From assembly GCA_040879645.1 (NCBI GenBank), contig JBBDJY010000006.1:94240-158239 (forward strand): a stretch of 64,000 nucleotides of DNA, written 5' to 3'. Source of the DNA: Minisyncoccota bacterium (GTDB lineage Bacteria > Patescibacteriota > Minisyncoccia > Phycocordibacterales > XYD1-FULL-46-19). Each line of letters begins with the position of its first letter. Position 1 is the stretch's first letter. The notes beneath the pieces were generated by a model, which was not told the origin of the DNA, ran no database searches, and saw only the letters and a list, made by a program, of their open reading frames with translations. Positions 1 to 10,637 of the stretch are shown here, one piece after another. The position numbers were made by a program, and so were the translations under genes.

Positions 1-2
1 GG

Positions 3-1427
3 GCGGATGTAAAGAAAGCTCACGACGAAGTCTATGAACTGTTTTTTGACTTGGGAGCGGGTGATGAGCAATTGGATTTTGCCACCGTCTATGCCAATGG
101 CCGGGAGGGCTTAAGTAAACTTGATCCGGCGGAAGATTTCCCGACTGATGGCCTTGGTCTGGCTCCACTTTTGGATTTAGTCTTGGCGAAAGTTCCACCG
201 GCGACGGTGGCCGTTCCGGCTGATGGCGATTTATGTGCCCAAGTTTTTAACTTAGCCTACGATAATTTTCTTGGTCGGATGGGTATTTGCCGGATCTATG
301 CCGGTAGTTTAAAAAGCGGCCAGACCGTAATCGCCAAGGATGCCGGTGGTCACTTACATTCGGGCAAAGTCAGTAAATTATTTACTTTTGAGGGTTTAGC
401 GAAAAAGCCGGTAACTGAGGCCGTGGCCGGCGATATTGTCATGGTCGCCGGTTTGCCGGATATCTACATCAGTCAGACTCTGGTGGCCAATCCGGCGACC
501 GAGGCTTGGCCGGCGATTGCTATTGATGAGCCGACTTTGTCTTTAAATATGTTGATAAACGATTCGCCTTTTGCCGGCCGGTCGGGTAAATTCTTAACCT
601 CGCGGCAAATTCGCGAACGCTTACTCCGTGAGTTGGAAGTCAATGTCGGCTTGCAAGTTGATTTTGACGGACCGGCCGGGATTAAAGTCTTGGGTCGGGG
701 CGAATTGCATTTGGCGGTGCTGTTGGAACAAATGCGACGGGAGGGCTTTGAATTGGCCGTCTCTCAACCGGAAACGATTATCAAAGAAGTGGCTGGTGTC
801 AAACAAGAACCGTTTGAAGAAGTCACGATTTTAGTTCCCGATCAATATGTCGGCGTGGTGATGGAAAAAATTGGCAATCGCAAGGGGCTTTTATTGGATA
901 TGAAAAAAGAACGGGGGCAGACGCGATTGTCTTTTCGGATGCCGACTCGTGGCTTAATCGGTTATCGCAATGAATTTATTGTCGACACTAAGGGCGAGGG
1001 GATTTTGACCAATATTTTTCAGGCTTTTGCGCCGCTGGCCGGTGTGATTAATAAGACTAAATACGGTTCAATGATTTCCATGGAAAGCGGTAAGGTTTTG
1101 GCCTTTGCTTTAGGTGGTCTGCAGGACAGGGGAACCCTCTATATTACCCCCGGGACGGAAGTCTATGAAGGGATGGTCATCGGTAATACCGCCAAGGGCG
1201 AGGATATGATTGTCAATCCGACTAAGGGTAAGCAATTAACCAATATGCGGGCTTCCGGTTCGGACGAGACAATCCAGTTGACCCCACCTTTTGATCTGAC
1301 ACTGGAACGGGCTTTGGGTTTGATGCGTGAAGATGAATATCTGGAGATAACCCCGACAGATATTCGTTTGCGGAAAAAATATCTAACCGAAAACGATCGG
1401 AAGAAATTTGCTCGACGAAAAGGTTAA
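3..1427 (+). CDS. typA: Translational GTPase TypA/BipA (5'-truncated by window edge)
   Basis: GRGELHL, PTRGLIG and KQLTNMRASGSDE motifs; frame is open from base 3. Confidence 0.96.
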   Translation, partial: ADVKKAHDEVYELFFDLGAGDEQLDFATVYANGREGLSKLDPAEDFPTDGLGLAPLLDLVLAKVPPATVAVPADGDLCAQVFNLAYDNFLGRMGICRIYAGSLKSGQTVIAKDAGGHLHSGKVSKLFTFEGLAKKPVTEAVAGDIVMVAGLPDIYISQTLVANPATEAWPAIAIDEPTLSLNMLINDSPFAGRSGKFLTSRQIRERLLRELEVNVGLQVDFDGPAGIKVLGRGELHLAVLLEQMRREGFELAVSQPETIIKEVAGVKQEPFEEVTILVPDQYVGVVMEKIGNRKGLLLDMKKERGQTRLSFRMPTRGLIGYRNEFIVDTKGEGILTNIFQAFAPLAGVINKTKYGSMISMESGKVLAFALGGLQDRGTLYITPGTEVYEGMVIGNTAKGEDMIVNPTKGKQLTNMRASGSDETIQLTPPFDLTLERALGLMREDEYLEITPTDIRLRKKYLTENDRKKFARRKG

Positions 1428-1451
1428 AATTTGCAAAATGTACACTTTTGA

Positions 1452-1480
1452 TTGACAAACCTACTACTAGGTGCTACTAT
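1452..1480 (+). promoter_or_regulatory. Sigma70 promoter of DEAD-box helicase
   Basis: TTGACA-17 bp-TACTAT with extended TG. Confidence 0.75.
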
Positions 1481-1556
1481 CAAAATACCTTATTGAATAT
1501 CGAGCTATCGTCTAGTATCGCTGTTCAAAAGCGAAATTAGACATAATCGATATTGC

Positions 1557-2783
1557 ATGAATAACTCATATCAAACCACCCGCCGAGGCGGGGGTCAGGC
1601 GACTTTTCGTCGTCAAGCCACTTCCAAACGAAGCCCTAATCGGTCTTTTCGAGGTGGAGGGGGTAATCGTTTTCGGGGCAAAAAAATCAGCCACGATAAA
1701 TTTATCAATAAAAATCCCAGTGCGCCGGTTGAAGAAAATTACGCACCGGTTCACACTTTTCGTGACTTTGGTTTTGATCGTCAATTGACCAATAACTTGG
1801 TTAAAAAGGGCTATCAAATTCCGACCAAAATCCAAGATGAGGCCATTCCGCAAATTCTGAATGGTCGGGATATTGTTGGTCTGGCCAATACCGGCTCGGG
1901 TAAGACGGCCGCTTTTGTCTTGCCAATTATTCAAAAATTAATCAAACAAAAGAATCGGGAGACCGTCTTGGTGATTACGCCGACGCGCGAATTGGCTCAG
2001 CAAATCCAGGGTGAATTCAAGCAATTTGCCGATCGCTTGCGTTTGTATTCAGTTTTATGTGTCGGCGGTTTGAATATTCGCCAACAAATCAGAGAGATTA
2101 AACGCGAACCGCAAATGATTATCGGCACGCCGGGGCGATTAAAAGACTTGTTACAACAAGGAGAATTAAATTTGCGACCGACAACCACTTTGGTCTTGGA
2201 TGAGGCCGATCGGATGTTGGATATGGGCTTTTTGCCCGATGTTAAATTTATCATTGGTAAATTGCCGGCCAAGCGTCAGTCGCTGTGCTTTAGTGCAACG
2301 ATGGTGCCGGAGATTAGCCGATTACTGGCCGACTTATTACACGAACCGGTAACCATTTCGGTTCGCAGTTTGCGTACCGCCGAACATATCGGCCAAGATG
2401 TTATCCGAGCCCAAAGTAAAGAAGAGAAACTGGCCAAATTGACCGCTCTTTTAGCCCAAGCGCATTTTACTCGCGTGTTGGTTTTTGCCGAAATGAAGTT
2501 TAGCGTCCAGCGATTAGCTGATGATTTAACCAAAGCCGGTTTTCCGGCGGTGGCGATTCATGGTAATAAGTCACAACCTCAGCGCAGTCGGGCCCTGAAC
2601 GCCTTTAAAACCGGCCAGGTCAAGATTTTGGTGGCGACCGATGTCGCCGCTCGGGGTTTGGATATTCCGGCCGTTAGTCAAGTAATTAACTTTGACCAGC
2701 CCAATACTTACGAAGAGTATATTCACCGGATTGGTCGGACCGGCCGAGCCGGCCTGTCGGGTCAGGCCTACACTTTTATTTAA
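1557..2783 (+). CDS. DEAD-box RNA helicase (RhlE-like)
   Basis: Q motif, ANTGSGKT, PTRELA, DEAD, SAT, HRIGRTGR. Confidence 0.96.
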   Translation: MNNSYQTTRRGGGQATFRRQATSKRSPNRSFRGGGGNRFRGKKISHDKFINKNPSAPVEENYAPVHTFRDFGFDRQLTNNLVKKGYQIPTKIQDEAIPQILNGRDIVGLANTGSGKTAAFVLPIIQKLIKQKNRETVLVITPTRELAQQIQGEFKQFADRLRLYSVLCVGGLNIRQQIREIKREPQMIIGTPGRLKDLLQQGELNLRPTTTLVLDEADRMLDMGFLPDVKFIIGKLPAKRQSLCFSATMVPEISRLLADLLHEPVTISVRSLRTAEHIGQDVIRAQSKEEKLAKLTALLAQAHFTRVLVFAEMKFSVQRLADDLTKAGFPAVAIHGNKSQPQRSRALNAFKTGQVKILVATDVAARGLDIPAVSQVINFDQPNTYEEYIHRIGRTGRAGLSGQAYTFI

Positions 2784-2830
2784 AGGCCGCTTCGCTTAGA
2801 CTGTTAGCAGAGGCAAACGATGGAGGATTA

Positions 2831-3052
2831 TTGATGAATATTTCATCAATCAAGACGGCAAATTTTTTTCCTTGGTCTTTACCGCAAACGGCGACGATTG
2901 CTTCTTCCCAAGTTTCGGAACCGGATCAGCCGGCTAGTCGGCAAAATCGCGATTGGGACGCGTTAAACATTGCCGAGCAATATGACCGGTGGGCGAAAAT
3001 CGTTTGCCCGGTCAATGCTTTGGTCGGCAGTCATTTTGATGCCCGTCGGTAG
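2831..3052 (+). CDS. Small hypothetical protein
   Basis: GGAGG upstream and strong terminator directly downstream. Confidence 0.5.
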   Translation: MMNISSIKTANFFPWSLPQTATIASSQVSEPDQPASRQNRDWDALNIAEQYDRWAKIVCPVNALVGSHFDARR

Positions 3053-3055
3053 AGT

Positions 3056-3090
3056 CCGGGCCTTCGCTATGAGCGAAGGCCCGGTTTTTT
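3056..3090 (+). terminator. Rho-independent terminator
   Basis: CCGGGCCTTCGCT/AGCGAAGGCCCGG stem plus T6. Confidence 0.85.
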
Positions 3091-3196
3091 GTTATTGACG
3101 GATCCGGCCGACCGGCTTTACGGGCGGATTATTTTGGTTTAATCTTTAATTATAAGGTCAATTAGATAATTACTAAATGGGGAGTTTTGATTTCTG

Positions 3197-3925
3197 ATGA
3201 AAAAACATCTTAATCAAGTTTTACTTTCATTCATTACTGGCTTATTTGGCTGGCATGAAGCGGAAAAAATATTTGAAAAAATCCAAATTGCTTTGACGAT
3301 AGTGATGCAATTGGCTTTTATCGGTGCTTTTATCCTCGGTTTTTTTGAGCGTCAATGGGTGATGATGTTCGTTAGTGTGGTGGCCATGCTCACTATTTGG
3401 TTACCGGTGTTGGTGGCTAATCGTCGCCGAGTCCATATCCCGATAGAGTTTGAATTCTTGTTAACCGCTTTTTTGTACGGGACTTTATTTTTAGGCGAGA
3501 TTCGCGGTTTTTACACTCGGTTTTGGTGGTGGGATGCCATCTTGCACGCCGGCGCCGGTTTGGCCCTCGGTTTCCTCGGTTTTCTTATCCTCTATATTTT
3601 ACATTACAATCAACGGTTGAATTTAAGTCCAGGCTGGTTGGCTTTCTTTTCTTTTACTTTTGCCCTGGCTCTTGGGGCTTTGTGGGAAATCTTTGAGTTT
3701 AACCTGGATTCAAATTTTAGTTTGAATATGCAAAAGAGTTTACGCGACACGATGTGGGATATGGTTATGGATACCGGAGGCGCTTTCATTACTTCCGTCT
3801 CCGGTTATTTGTATTTAAAGTCTAATCGGCGCGGTGTCGGTGTTTTTGAGCATTATCTAATGGCTTATCTTAAAAAGAATTTACCGCCGGTCAAAGCAGG
3901 GGAAACCGGTCGTAATTTTGTATAG
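3197..3925 (+). CDS. Integral membrane protein (DUF2238/YjdF-like)
   Basis: Multiple TM helices; WWDxxLH, ALWEIFEF and DTMWD motifs. Confidence 0.7.
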   Translation: MKKHLNQVLLSFITGLFGWHEAEKIFEKIQIALTIVMQLAFIGAFILGFFERQWVMMFVSVVAMLTIWLPVLVANRRRVHIPIEFEFLLTAFLYGTLFLGEIRGFYTRFWWWDAILHAGAGLALGFLGFLILYILHYNQRLNLSPGWLAFFSFTFALALGALWEIFEFNLDSNFSLNMQKSLRDTMWDMVMDTGGAFITSVSGYLYLKSNRRGVGVFEHYLMAYLKKNLPPVKAGETGRNFV

Positions 3926-3978
3926 AAAAACCGCCCGGCCGGAAAAACGGCTTGGGCGGTTGGCCATCGTCAAGCTGA

Positions 3979-4335
3979 TTAATTGACGATGATAACGGTT
4001 AGGGTTTCAATCCCTTTGTCTTTGAAACCAAGCCGGTCGGCTAAAGTTTCGGAGACGTCCAGATCACGATCACCGACAAAAGGTCCGCGATCCAAGACCG
4101 TGGCGGCGACGACTTGGTTGGTTTCGGGATTGATGATAATCAATTTAGTCCCGAAGGGTAGATCGGGATGGGCGACGACCGGATCTTCTCGGTGGAAGAT
4201 TTCGCCACTGGCCATTGGTCGGCCACAAAAACCCGGACCGTACCAACTGGCGGTCATCGTTTCGACTTTGACGGGGAGGCGGATTAATCCGGCCTCAAAA
4301 CCGCCGGTTAGCAAAACAAATAACAGACTGATCAT
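3979..4335 (-). CDS. rlpA: RlpA-like lytic transglycosylase (DPBB domain)
   Basis: ASWYGPGFxGRxMASGE, LPFGT, DRGPF, DLDVS; start moved to MISLL after GAAAGGAAG. Confidence 0.85.
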   Translation of the reverse strand: MISLLFVLLTGGFEAGLIRLPVKVETMTASWYGPGFCGRPMASGEIFHREDPVVAHPDLPFGTKLIIINPETNQVVAATVLDRGPFVGDRDLDVSETLADRLGFKDKGIETLTVIIVN

Positions 4336-4522
4336 TCGCTTCCTTTCGTTTGCAAACAAAGAACTGACTGGATAGACATTAATATAATTTATTAAACCTG
4401 TCAAATTTTTAAATTTTTCGCCAAAACAGTTGATAAGTTTTTTGGTTTTTAAATTAAAAACAGTGTATGATGTAAGTGATAAACTTTTTAATATTAAAGT
4501 TAGCATTTAAACAAATAGTCCT

Positions 4523-6940
4523 ATGACAAATGATGAGCAATTTATCTATTGGTTTGACCAACTGGATAACAATGATGTGGCGCGAGTTGGCGGGAAGAAT
4601 GCTTCTTTGGGCGAAATGTACCAAAAATTGGTGTCTCAAGGAATTAATTTGCCCAATGGTTTCGCCATTACCGCCGGCGCCTATTTTTATTTTTTAGAGC
4701 AAGCCGGTTTGAAGGATAAAATCAAAGAAATTTTGAGCGATTTAAATACGGCCGATATTGATAATTTAATGGAACGGGGCAAGGAAGTTCGCAAGTTGAT
4801 TTTACAGGCCGAATTACCAGCTGATTTGAGGGAGCAAATTTTTGAGGCTTATCGCGATCTGGAAAATGCCTACAATAAAAAAGATGTTGATGTTGCCGTC
4901 CGTTCTTCGGCGACAGCTGAAGATTTGCCGGATGCATCTTTTGCCGGCCAGCAAGACACTTATCTCAACGTTTCCGGCGAAGATGATTTACTGTCGGCGG
5001 TTAAGCATTGTATGGCCTCGCTTTTTACCAATCGGGCCATTTCCTATCGTCAGGACAAGGGCTTTGATCATCTGTCTATCGGTCTATCGGTCGGCGTGCA
5101 GAAAATGGTTCGAACCGACAAGGGCTCATCGGGCGTGATGTTTAGTATTGATACCGAAAGCGGTTTTCAAGATGCCGTTTTGGTTAACTCTTCTTGGGGG
5201 CTGGGTGAGAATGTGGTCCAAGGTAAAGTGACGCCGGATGAATTTTTAGTTTTTGAACCGACCTTAATGGCCGGCTTTGCGCCGATTGTTTATCGCCGTA
5301 AGGGTACGAAGAAGATTAAAATGATTTACGCCGCCGGTGGTGAGCGGACCAAAGATGTGGCGACGACGAAGAAAGAACAAGCAGCTTGGTCTTTAACTGA
5401 TGACGAAATTTTACAATTGGCCCGCTGGGCAATTCAGATTGAACGGCATTACCATCGGCCGATGGATATGGAGTGGGGCAAAGATGGCGAAACCGGCCAA
5501 TTATTTATTCTTCAGGCTCGACCGGAAACCATTCACGCCACCAAAGCGGTGACGGTTTTGGAAGAGTATAAATTGGAAGAAAGAGGTAAAGTTTTGGCCA
5601 CCGGCGCGGCGGTCGGGGCGAAAATCTCTTCCGGCCGGGCGCGAATTATCCAAAGTGTTAAAGAAATCAATAAATTTGAAGCCGGCGAAATTTTAATTAC
5701 CGATATGACTGATCCGGATTGGGAACCGATAATGAAAATCGCCGCCGGGATTATTACTAATAAAGGTGGGCGGACTTGCCACGCGGCCATTGTCTCACGC
5801 GAATTGGGGATTCCTTGTATTGTCGGTACCGGTGATGCTACTGATAAAATAACCGATGGCCAAGAAGTAACCTTGTCTTGCGCCGAGGGTGATGTTGGCC
5901 GAGTCTATGAAGGTAAAGTCGCTTTTACTCGGATTGATACCGATTTGACCGGCCTGGAAACACCGGAAACCAAAATTATGATGAATATCGGCCAGCCGGA
6001 TATCGCTTTCCGATCATCATTTATTCCCAATAGCGGTGTCGGTTTGGCCCGAGAAGAATTCATCATTATCAATCAAGTTAAAATCCACCCCTTGGCCTTG
6101 CTCCATTATGACAACTTAAAAGATACCAAAGCCAAAAAAGAAATTACCGCTTTGACTGACGGTTATGACGACAAGGGACAATATTTTGTTGATCGGTTGG
6201 CGGAAGGGGTTGGCCAGATTGCCGCCGCTTTTTATCCGAAAGATGTCATTTTGCGTTTGTCGGACTTTAAGTCCAATGAATATGCTAACTTAATCGGTGG
6301 GGCGGAATTTGAACCGACCGAATCCAATCCGATGATCGGCTGGCGTGGGGCTTCGCGTTATTATGCCGAGGAATATAAACAGGCCTTTTTATTGGAATGC
6401 CGAGCGATTAAAAAAGTCCGTGACGAAATGGGTTTGGTTAATACCAAGGTGATGGTACCGTTTTGCCGGACGCCGGAAGAAGGCCGGAAAGTTATCGGCG
6501 TCATGGCTGAAGGGGGATTAGTCCAAGGTGAAAATGGCTTGGAAATTTATATGATGTGCGAGATTCCATCCAATGTGATTTTAGCCGATGAATTTTGTGA
6601 TATTTTTGACGGCCTATCCATCGGTTCCAATGACCTGACTCAGTTGATTTTGGGCGTTGATCGTGATTCGTCTTTAGTCGCTCATATTTATGATGAGCGC
6701 AATGAGGCGGTCAAGCGGATGATTAGTCAAGTAATTAAATCGGCTAAAGCCAAGAATAAAAAAATCGGCATTTGTGGTCAGGCGCCGTCTGATTTTCCCG
6801 ACTTTGCCCAATTTTTGGTTCAGGCCGGGATTGATAGCATCTCCTTAAATCCCGATACGGTAGTCAAAACCACCTTGGCGATTTTGGAAGAAGAAAAAAC
6901 TTTGCGTTTGGCCGAAGATGGAAGTGACGACGAAAATTAA
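4523..6940 (+). CDS. ppsA: Phosphoenolpyruvate synthase
   Basis: VGGKNASLGEM, VRSSATAED, GGRTCHAAIVSRE, IGICGQAPSD. Confidence 0.97.
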   Translation: MTNDEQFIYWFDQLDNNDVARVGGKNASLGEMYQKLVSQGINLPNGFAITAGAYFYFLEQAGLKDKIKEILSDLNTADIDNLMERGKEVRKLILQAELPADLREQIFEAYRDLENAYNKKDVDVAVRSSATAEDLPDASFAGQQDTYLNVSGEDDLLSAVKHCMASLFTNRAISYRQDKGFDHLSIGLSVGVQKMVRTDKGSSGVMFSIDTESGFQDAVLVNSSWGLGENVVQGKVTPDEFLVFEPTLMAGFAPIVYRRKGTKKIKMIYAAGGERTKDVATTKKEQAAWSLTDDEILQLARWAIQIERHYHRPMDMEWGKDGETGQLFILQARPETIHATKAVTVLEEYKLEERGKVLATGAAVGAKISSGRARIIQSVKEINKFEAGEILITDMTDPDWEPIMKIAAGIITNKGGRTCHAAIVSRELGIPCIVGTGDATDKITDGQEVTLSCAEGDVGRVYEGKVAFTRIDTDLTGLETPETKIMMNIGQPDIAFRSSFIPNSGVGLAREEFIIINQVKIHPLALLHYDNLKDTKAKKEITALTDGYDDKGQYFVDRLAEGVGQIAAAFYPKDVILRLSDFKSNEYANLIGGAEFEPTESNPMIGWRGASRYYAEEYKQAFLLECRAIKKVRDEMGLVNTKVMVPFCRTPEEGRKVIGVMAEGGLVQGENGLEIYMMCEIPSNVILADEFCDIFDGLSIGSNDLTQLILGVDRDSSLVAHIYDERNEAVKRMISQVIKSAKAKNKKIGICGQAPSDFPDFAQFLVQAGIDSISLNPDTVVKTTLAILEEEKTLRLAEDGSDDEN

Positions 6941-6944
6941 TTTT

Positions 6945-8141
6945 TTACTTACCATCAATGGTGGTAATCGCCAGTAGGCGTTTGTATTTTTGGTCGCGGA
7001 AATTGGCGTCCGGGGCACCGGCTTTTAGGCCGAAACAACCGAAAGCGTAAGCAATGTCGGCGATAAAAGTGTCGGTTGTTTCGCCACTCCGGTGACTGGC
7101 AATGGTTTTAATGCCGGCGGTATGAGCCAGGTTAATGGTATTAATGGTTTCGGTCAGGGTACCGATTTGATTGGGTTTAATGATTAAGGAGTTGATGCTG
7201 TCGGCCTCAATCGCTTGTTGTAAGCGGTCTTCTTTAGTGACGGTTAAATCATCACCAATAATTAAGGCATTAAATAAGTGTTTCTTTAAATTAGCAAAAG
7301 CAGTAAAGTCTTCTTCGGCAAACGGGTCTTCCAAACCAAAGAGGGAATATTGACGGAAAATATTTTGATACCAACGACTTAATTGTTCGGTCGTAAAAGT
7401 TTGATCGGCCAGTTGGTATTGACCGTCTCGGTAAAAGGAATTAGCGGCGGCGTCCAAACCGAATTTAACTCGGTCCCGGTCGGTGACGGCTTCAGTTAAT
7501 AATTCCAAGGGTAATTCGGGATCCGGATCATTAATGGCCAAGCCACCCTCATCGCCTTGGGTGAAGTCGCTTGGCGCGAAGCGTTTAGCCACCAATGTTT
7601 CCAAGTGAGCGAAGGTTTGCCGGCCAATGGCCAAGGCTTGGCGAATATCGTTGGTTTGGGGAATAACTTGATACTCTTGGATGGCACTGCCGTAAGGAGC
7701 ATGGGCGCCGCCATTGATTAAGTTCATAAATAAATGTGGTGGGGGAGCGGTCTGGTTTTGAGGAGATAATGGTTTGAGATATTGGAATAATTCTTGATTG
7801 TTTTCGCTGGCGGCGGCCCGGGCAATGGCAATACTGGCGCCAATCATCGCATTGCCACCGAGGCGACTTTTATTCTCCGTCCCGTCGGCATCAATCATCA
7901 ATTGGTCAAGTTTGTCTTGTTCGGATACTTCTTGGCCAACCAGTAAATCGGCAATCTCTTTCAAACCGGCTAAGGCTTCCGGTAAAGGTAAAGCCAGGGC
8001 TTCGCGGGCACCGGTTGAGGCGCCGGCCGGGACGAAACAATAACCCTCGGCCAAAGTGTCGGTTTTGACGGTGACCGCCAGTGTTGGTTTTTGTCGCGAA
8101 TCAAGGATTTCTTGGCCGGTGATGGAAGTGATTTTAGACAT
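6945..8141 (-). CDS. eno: Enolase
   Basis: PAGASTG, NGGAHA, GDEGG, IKPNQIG, SHRSGET; start taken as MSKIT. Confidence 0.93.
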   Translation of the reverse strand: MSKITSITGQEILDSRQKPTLAVTVKTDTLAEGYCFVPAGASTGAREALALPLPEALAGLKEIADLLVGQEVSEQDKLDQLMIDADGTENKSRLGGNAMIGASIAIARAAASENNQELFQYLKPLSPQNQTAPPPHLFMNLINGGAHAPYGSAIQEYQVIPQTNDIRQALAIGRQTFAHLETLVAKRFAPSDFTQGDEGGLAINDPDPELPLELLTEAVTDRDRVKFGLDAAANSFYRDGQYQLADQTFTTEQLSRWYQNIFRQYSLFGLEDPFAEEDFTAFANLKKHLFNALIIGDDLTVTKEDRLQQAIEADSINSLIIKPNQIGTLTETINTINLAHTAGIKTIASHRSGETTDTFIADIAYAFGCFGLKAGAPDANFRDQKYKRLLAITTIDGK

Positions 8142-8142
8142 A

Positions 8143-9435
8143 TTATTTTTCGTTAGCTTTGGGATATTCAAGTAAGAGCATTAAGTCGGAAACATTAGAT
8201 TCAATTCGACCGGTCATAATCAAGTCATTGGTCTGGCGGAAAAAGTTAAAAGAATCAATTTGTTTGAGATATTCACCAATATTTAAATTTAATTGTTCGG
8301 CCTTGGTTTTGGTTTTACTGTCAATCAAGGCGCCGGCCGCTTCAGTATTATCGTAACCATCCGAGGCGAAAGCGACAAACACTTGATTGGCTTTTAATTT
8401 TTCAAGCATCGTCAAAGCGAAAAAAGTATTGCGACCGCCCTGGCCGGTGTTTTTCGGGCCGACGATTAAGCTTAATTCGCCGGCGGCCACCAGTGCTTGG
8501 CCGGTTTTGGCTTGAGCGGTAAATAAATCGACCGCTTCGGTCATCGGCATAGTCAGATCGTTGCCGATAACGGTGGCGGTAAAACCAAGTTCCTCGGCTT
8601 TTTTTGCCATGGCGGCGGTGGCGGTATGACTGCTAGTCAGGGGAATATTGGTCACTCGTTCAAAGTATTTATTGTCTTTGGTCGTCTCTATCAGTTCAAA
8701 CTGGCCCAAATTATATCGATCAATAATCGCTTGGGCGTCGGCAACCGTGCTATTGTCGCGATAGGTGGCACCGGAAGCCACCAGTTCGTATTGTTCGCCC
8801 GGCACATCACAGAAAATCAGACCGACGACTTCGGCCGGATAAAGGGCTTCAGCCAGCCCCCCACCTTTTAAAATGGAAATATGTTTGCGGACGGTATTTA
8901 ATTCGTGGATGGTGCCACCGGTTGTTAGGAATTTTTGATAAAGGCGTTGGCCTTGTTCAGCTTCGGTTTCGGTTGGACACAGTAAACTCGAACCGCCACC
9001 GGAAACGACGACAATCACCAAATCATCTTCATCAACCTCTTTGCTTAATTCGAGAATTTTTTTGGAAGCGGCAACGTTGGCGGCCGAGGGCATCGGGTGG
9101 GTACCGACATAGGTGTCGATGATTTGGCATAAATTGTCGGCCATGCCGATGACCGTTCCTTTTTTAATCAAGCCCCCCAGGATTTGTTCCAAGGTGGCGG
9201 CCGCTTGGCAAGAGATTTTACCAAAACCAATGACAAAGATGTTTTTATAATCAGGTAAGTGGTAGGTTTTATCGCCAAAGTATAAAGTCTCGCCGTCCAA
9301 ACGGACTTTTTCTCGGATAATGGCGGGAGTGTCGATAGCTCGATAACCGGCTTCAACTATCGTTATCGCTTCCAGTCGGCGTTGGTCACCCTTAGTCAAA
9401 GTCTCGGTATTTTTGATGTAAGATTGATTGGACAT
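8143..9435 (-). CDS. Glycerate 2-kinase (DUF4147/MOFRL family)
   Basis: GFGK, SGGGSSL, ELNTVRKHIS, GGRN, ASDGxD, NVSD. Confidence 0.9.
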   Translation of the reverse strand: MSNQSYIKNTETLTKGDQRRLEAITIVEAGYRAIDTPAIIREKVRLDGETLYFGDKTYHLPDYKNIFVIGFGKISCQAAATLEQILGGLIKKGTVIGMADNLCQIIDTYVGTHPMPSAANVAASKKILELSKEVDEDDLVIVVVSGGGSSLLCPTETEAEQGQRLYQKFLTTGGTIHELNTVRKHISILKGGGLAEALYPAEVVGLIFCDVPGEQYELVASGATYRDNSTVADAQAIIDRYNLGQFELIETTKDNKYFERVTNIPLTSSHTATAAMAKKAEELGFTATVIGNDLTMPMTEAVDLFTAQAKTGQALVAAGELSLIVGPKNTGQGGRNTFFALTMLEKLKANQVFVAFASDGYDNTEAAGALIDSKTKTKAEQLNLNIGEYLKQIDSFNFFRQTNDLIMTGRIESNVSDLMLLLEYPKANEK

Positions 9436-9436
9436 T

Positions 9437-10435
9437 TTAATTGACGATATTTGTTTGGTGGCCGCTTATAAACTCTTGGATATTACGGAGGGTTATCTCG
9501 CGAATTTCGGCTTTGGCTTCCGCTGTATTAAAAGCGATATGGGGTGTGACGATGACTTGGGGTAAATCCAATAATTCGTGGTCGGCCAAGAGAGCTTTAT
9601 AATCTTCAATCGGCGTGGCGTCATTTAAAAGCAAAGACAATTCGTCATTGAGATGTTCTTCGCCTTCCAAAACATCCAAACCGGCACCCCGGATCCGGCC
9701 ATCTTTAAGGCCCTTAAGTAAGGCGGTGGTTTCAATCAGTCCACCACGGGCGGTATTAATGATAATACTGCCGGGTTTACATTGGGAAATGTTGCCTTGG
9801 TTTAAAATGTGGCGGGTGCCGTCATTTAGAGGTAAATGGAGAGAAATAATATCAGCTTGAGCTAGCAGTTCGTTAAGATCCAAATAAGTCACACCGGTTT
9901 CGTTAATCAATTCTTGATTGGGGTGCAAGTCGCTGGCGATAACCTTCATCGCAAAGCCTCGGGCGATCCGGATGACATTGGCGCCGATATGGCCGGTGCC
10001 GATGACACCGATGGTTTTGCCGTTTAAGTCAAAACCCTCGTAGATTTTCCGATCGGTTTGACCTTCACGCCGAAGGACCTCATAGGCCTCGTTAACCTGA
10101 CGGTTTAAAGCAAAAATCAAAGCAAAAGCAAATTCGGCCACCGTCCGGGCGCCGTAAGTCGGGACATTGCAAACGGCGATATTGCGTTTTCGGGCTTCAA
10201 TCGTATCAATATGGTCAAAGCCGGTGGAACGGGTGGTAATGAGGGAAACTTTAGGTAATTTATCCAAAGTTTCGGCGGTGATCTCCGAATCAATAAACAC
10301 TGAGATAATATCGGCGTCGGAGACCGGGGCTTCGGCCGGTCGGGCCTCGTCAAAAAAGACAACTTCGTGCTCGGCCCTTAATTGGCCGAATAATTCTTTA
10401 TCTTTTTCACTGGCGCTGTAAATGGCAATCTTCAT
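9437..10435 (-). CDS. D-2-hydroxyacid dehydrogenase (D-lactate/glycerate dehydrogenase family)
   Basis: RSTGFDHID, GxGxIG, NTARG, LDVLEGE, TPHIAF. Confidence 0.92.
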   Translation of the reverse strand: MKIAIYSASEKDKELFGQLRAEHEVVFFDEARPAEAPVSDADIISVFIDSEITAETLDKLPKVSLITTRSTGFDHIDTIEARKRNIAVCNVPTYGARTVAEFAFALIFALNRQVNEAYEVLRREGQTDRKIYEGFDLNGKTIGVIGTGHIGANVIRIARGFAMKVIASDLHPNQELINETGVTYLDLNELLAQADIISLHLPLNDGTRHILNQGNISQCKPGSIIINTARGGLIETTALLKGLKDGRIRGAGLDVLEGEEHLNDELSLLLNDATPIEDYKALLADHELLDLPQVIVTPHIAFNTAEAKAEIREITLRNIQEFISGHQTNIVN

Positions 10436-10551
10436 AGAAAATTTTGGTTAATTGCTTAAAAAGGCGCGATTAAATCTTGGTCAAGACTGGTTTGATTATA
10501 ACGCAAAAAGATTGAAAATGGTAATTTGCCGGCTGATTGGTTACAACCATT

Positions 10552-10590
10552 GAGGTTAAACCTCCAGATTATTGAGGTTAAACCTCAATA
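10552..10590. repeat. Two copies of palindrome GAGGTTAAACCTC (REP-like)
   Basis: Copies at 10552-10564 and 10574-10586; same core at 12.4 kb and 22.5 kb. Confidence 0.85.
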
Positions 10591-10637
10591 TCAGTTAGGA
10601 GAGGCCAATCGGCGGGGGATATGCTAGTATGGGCTTA

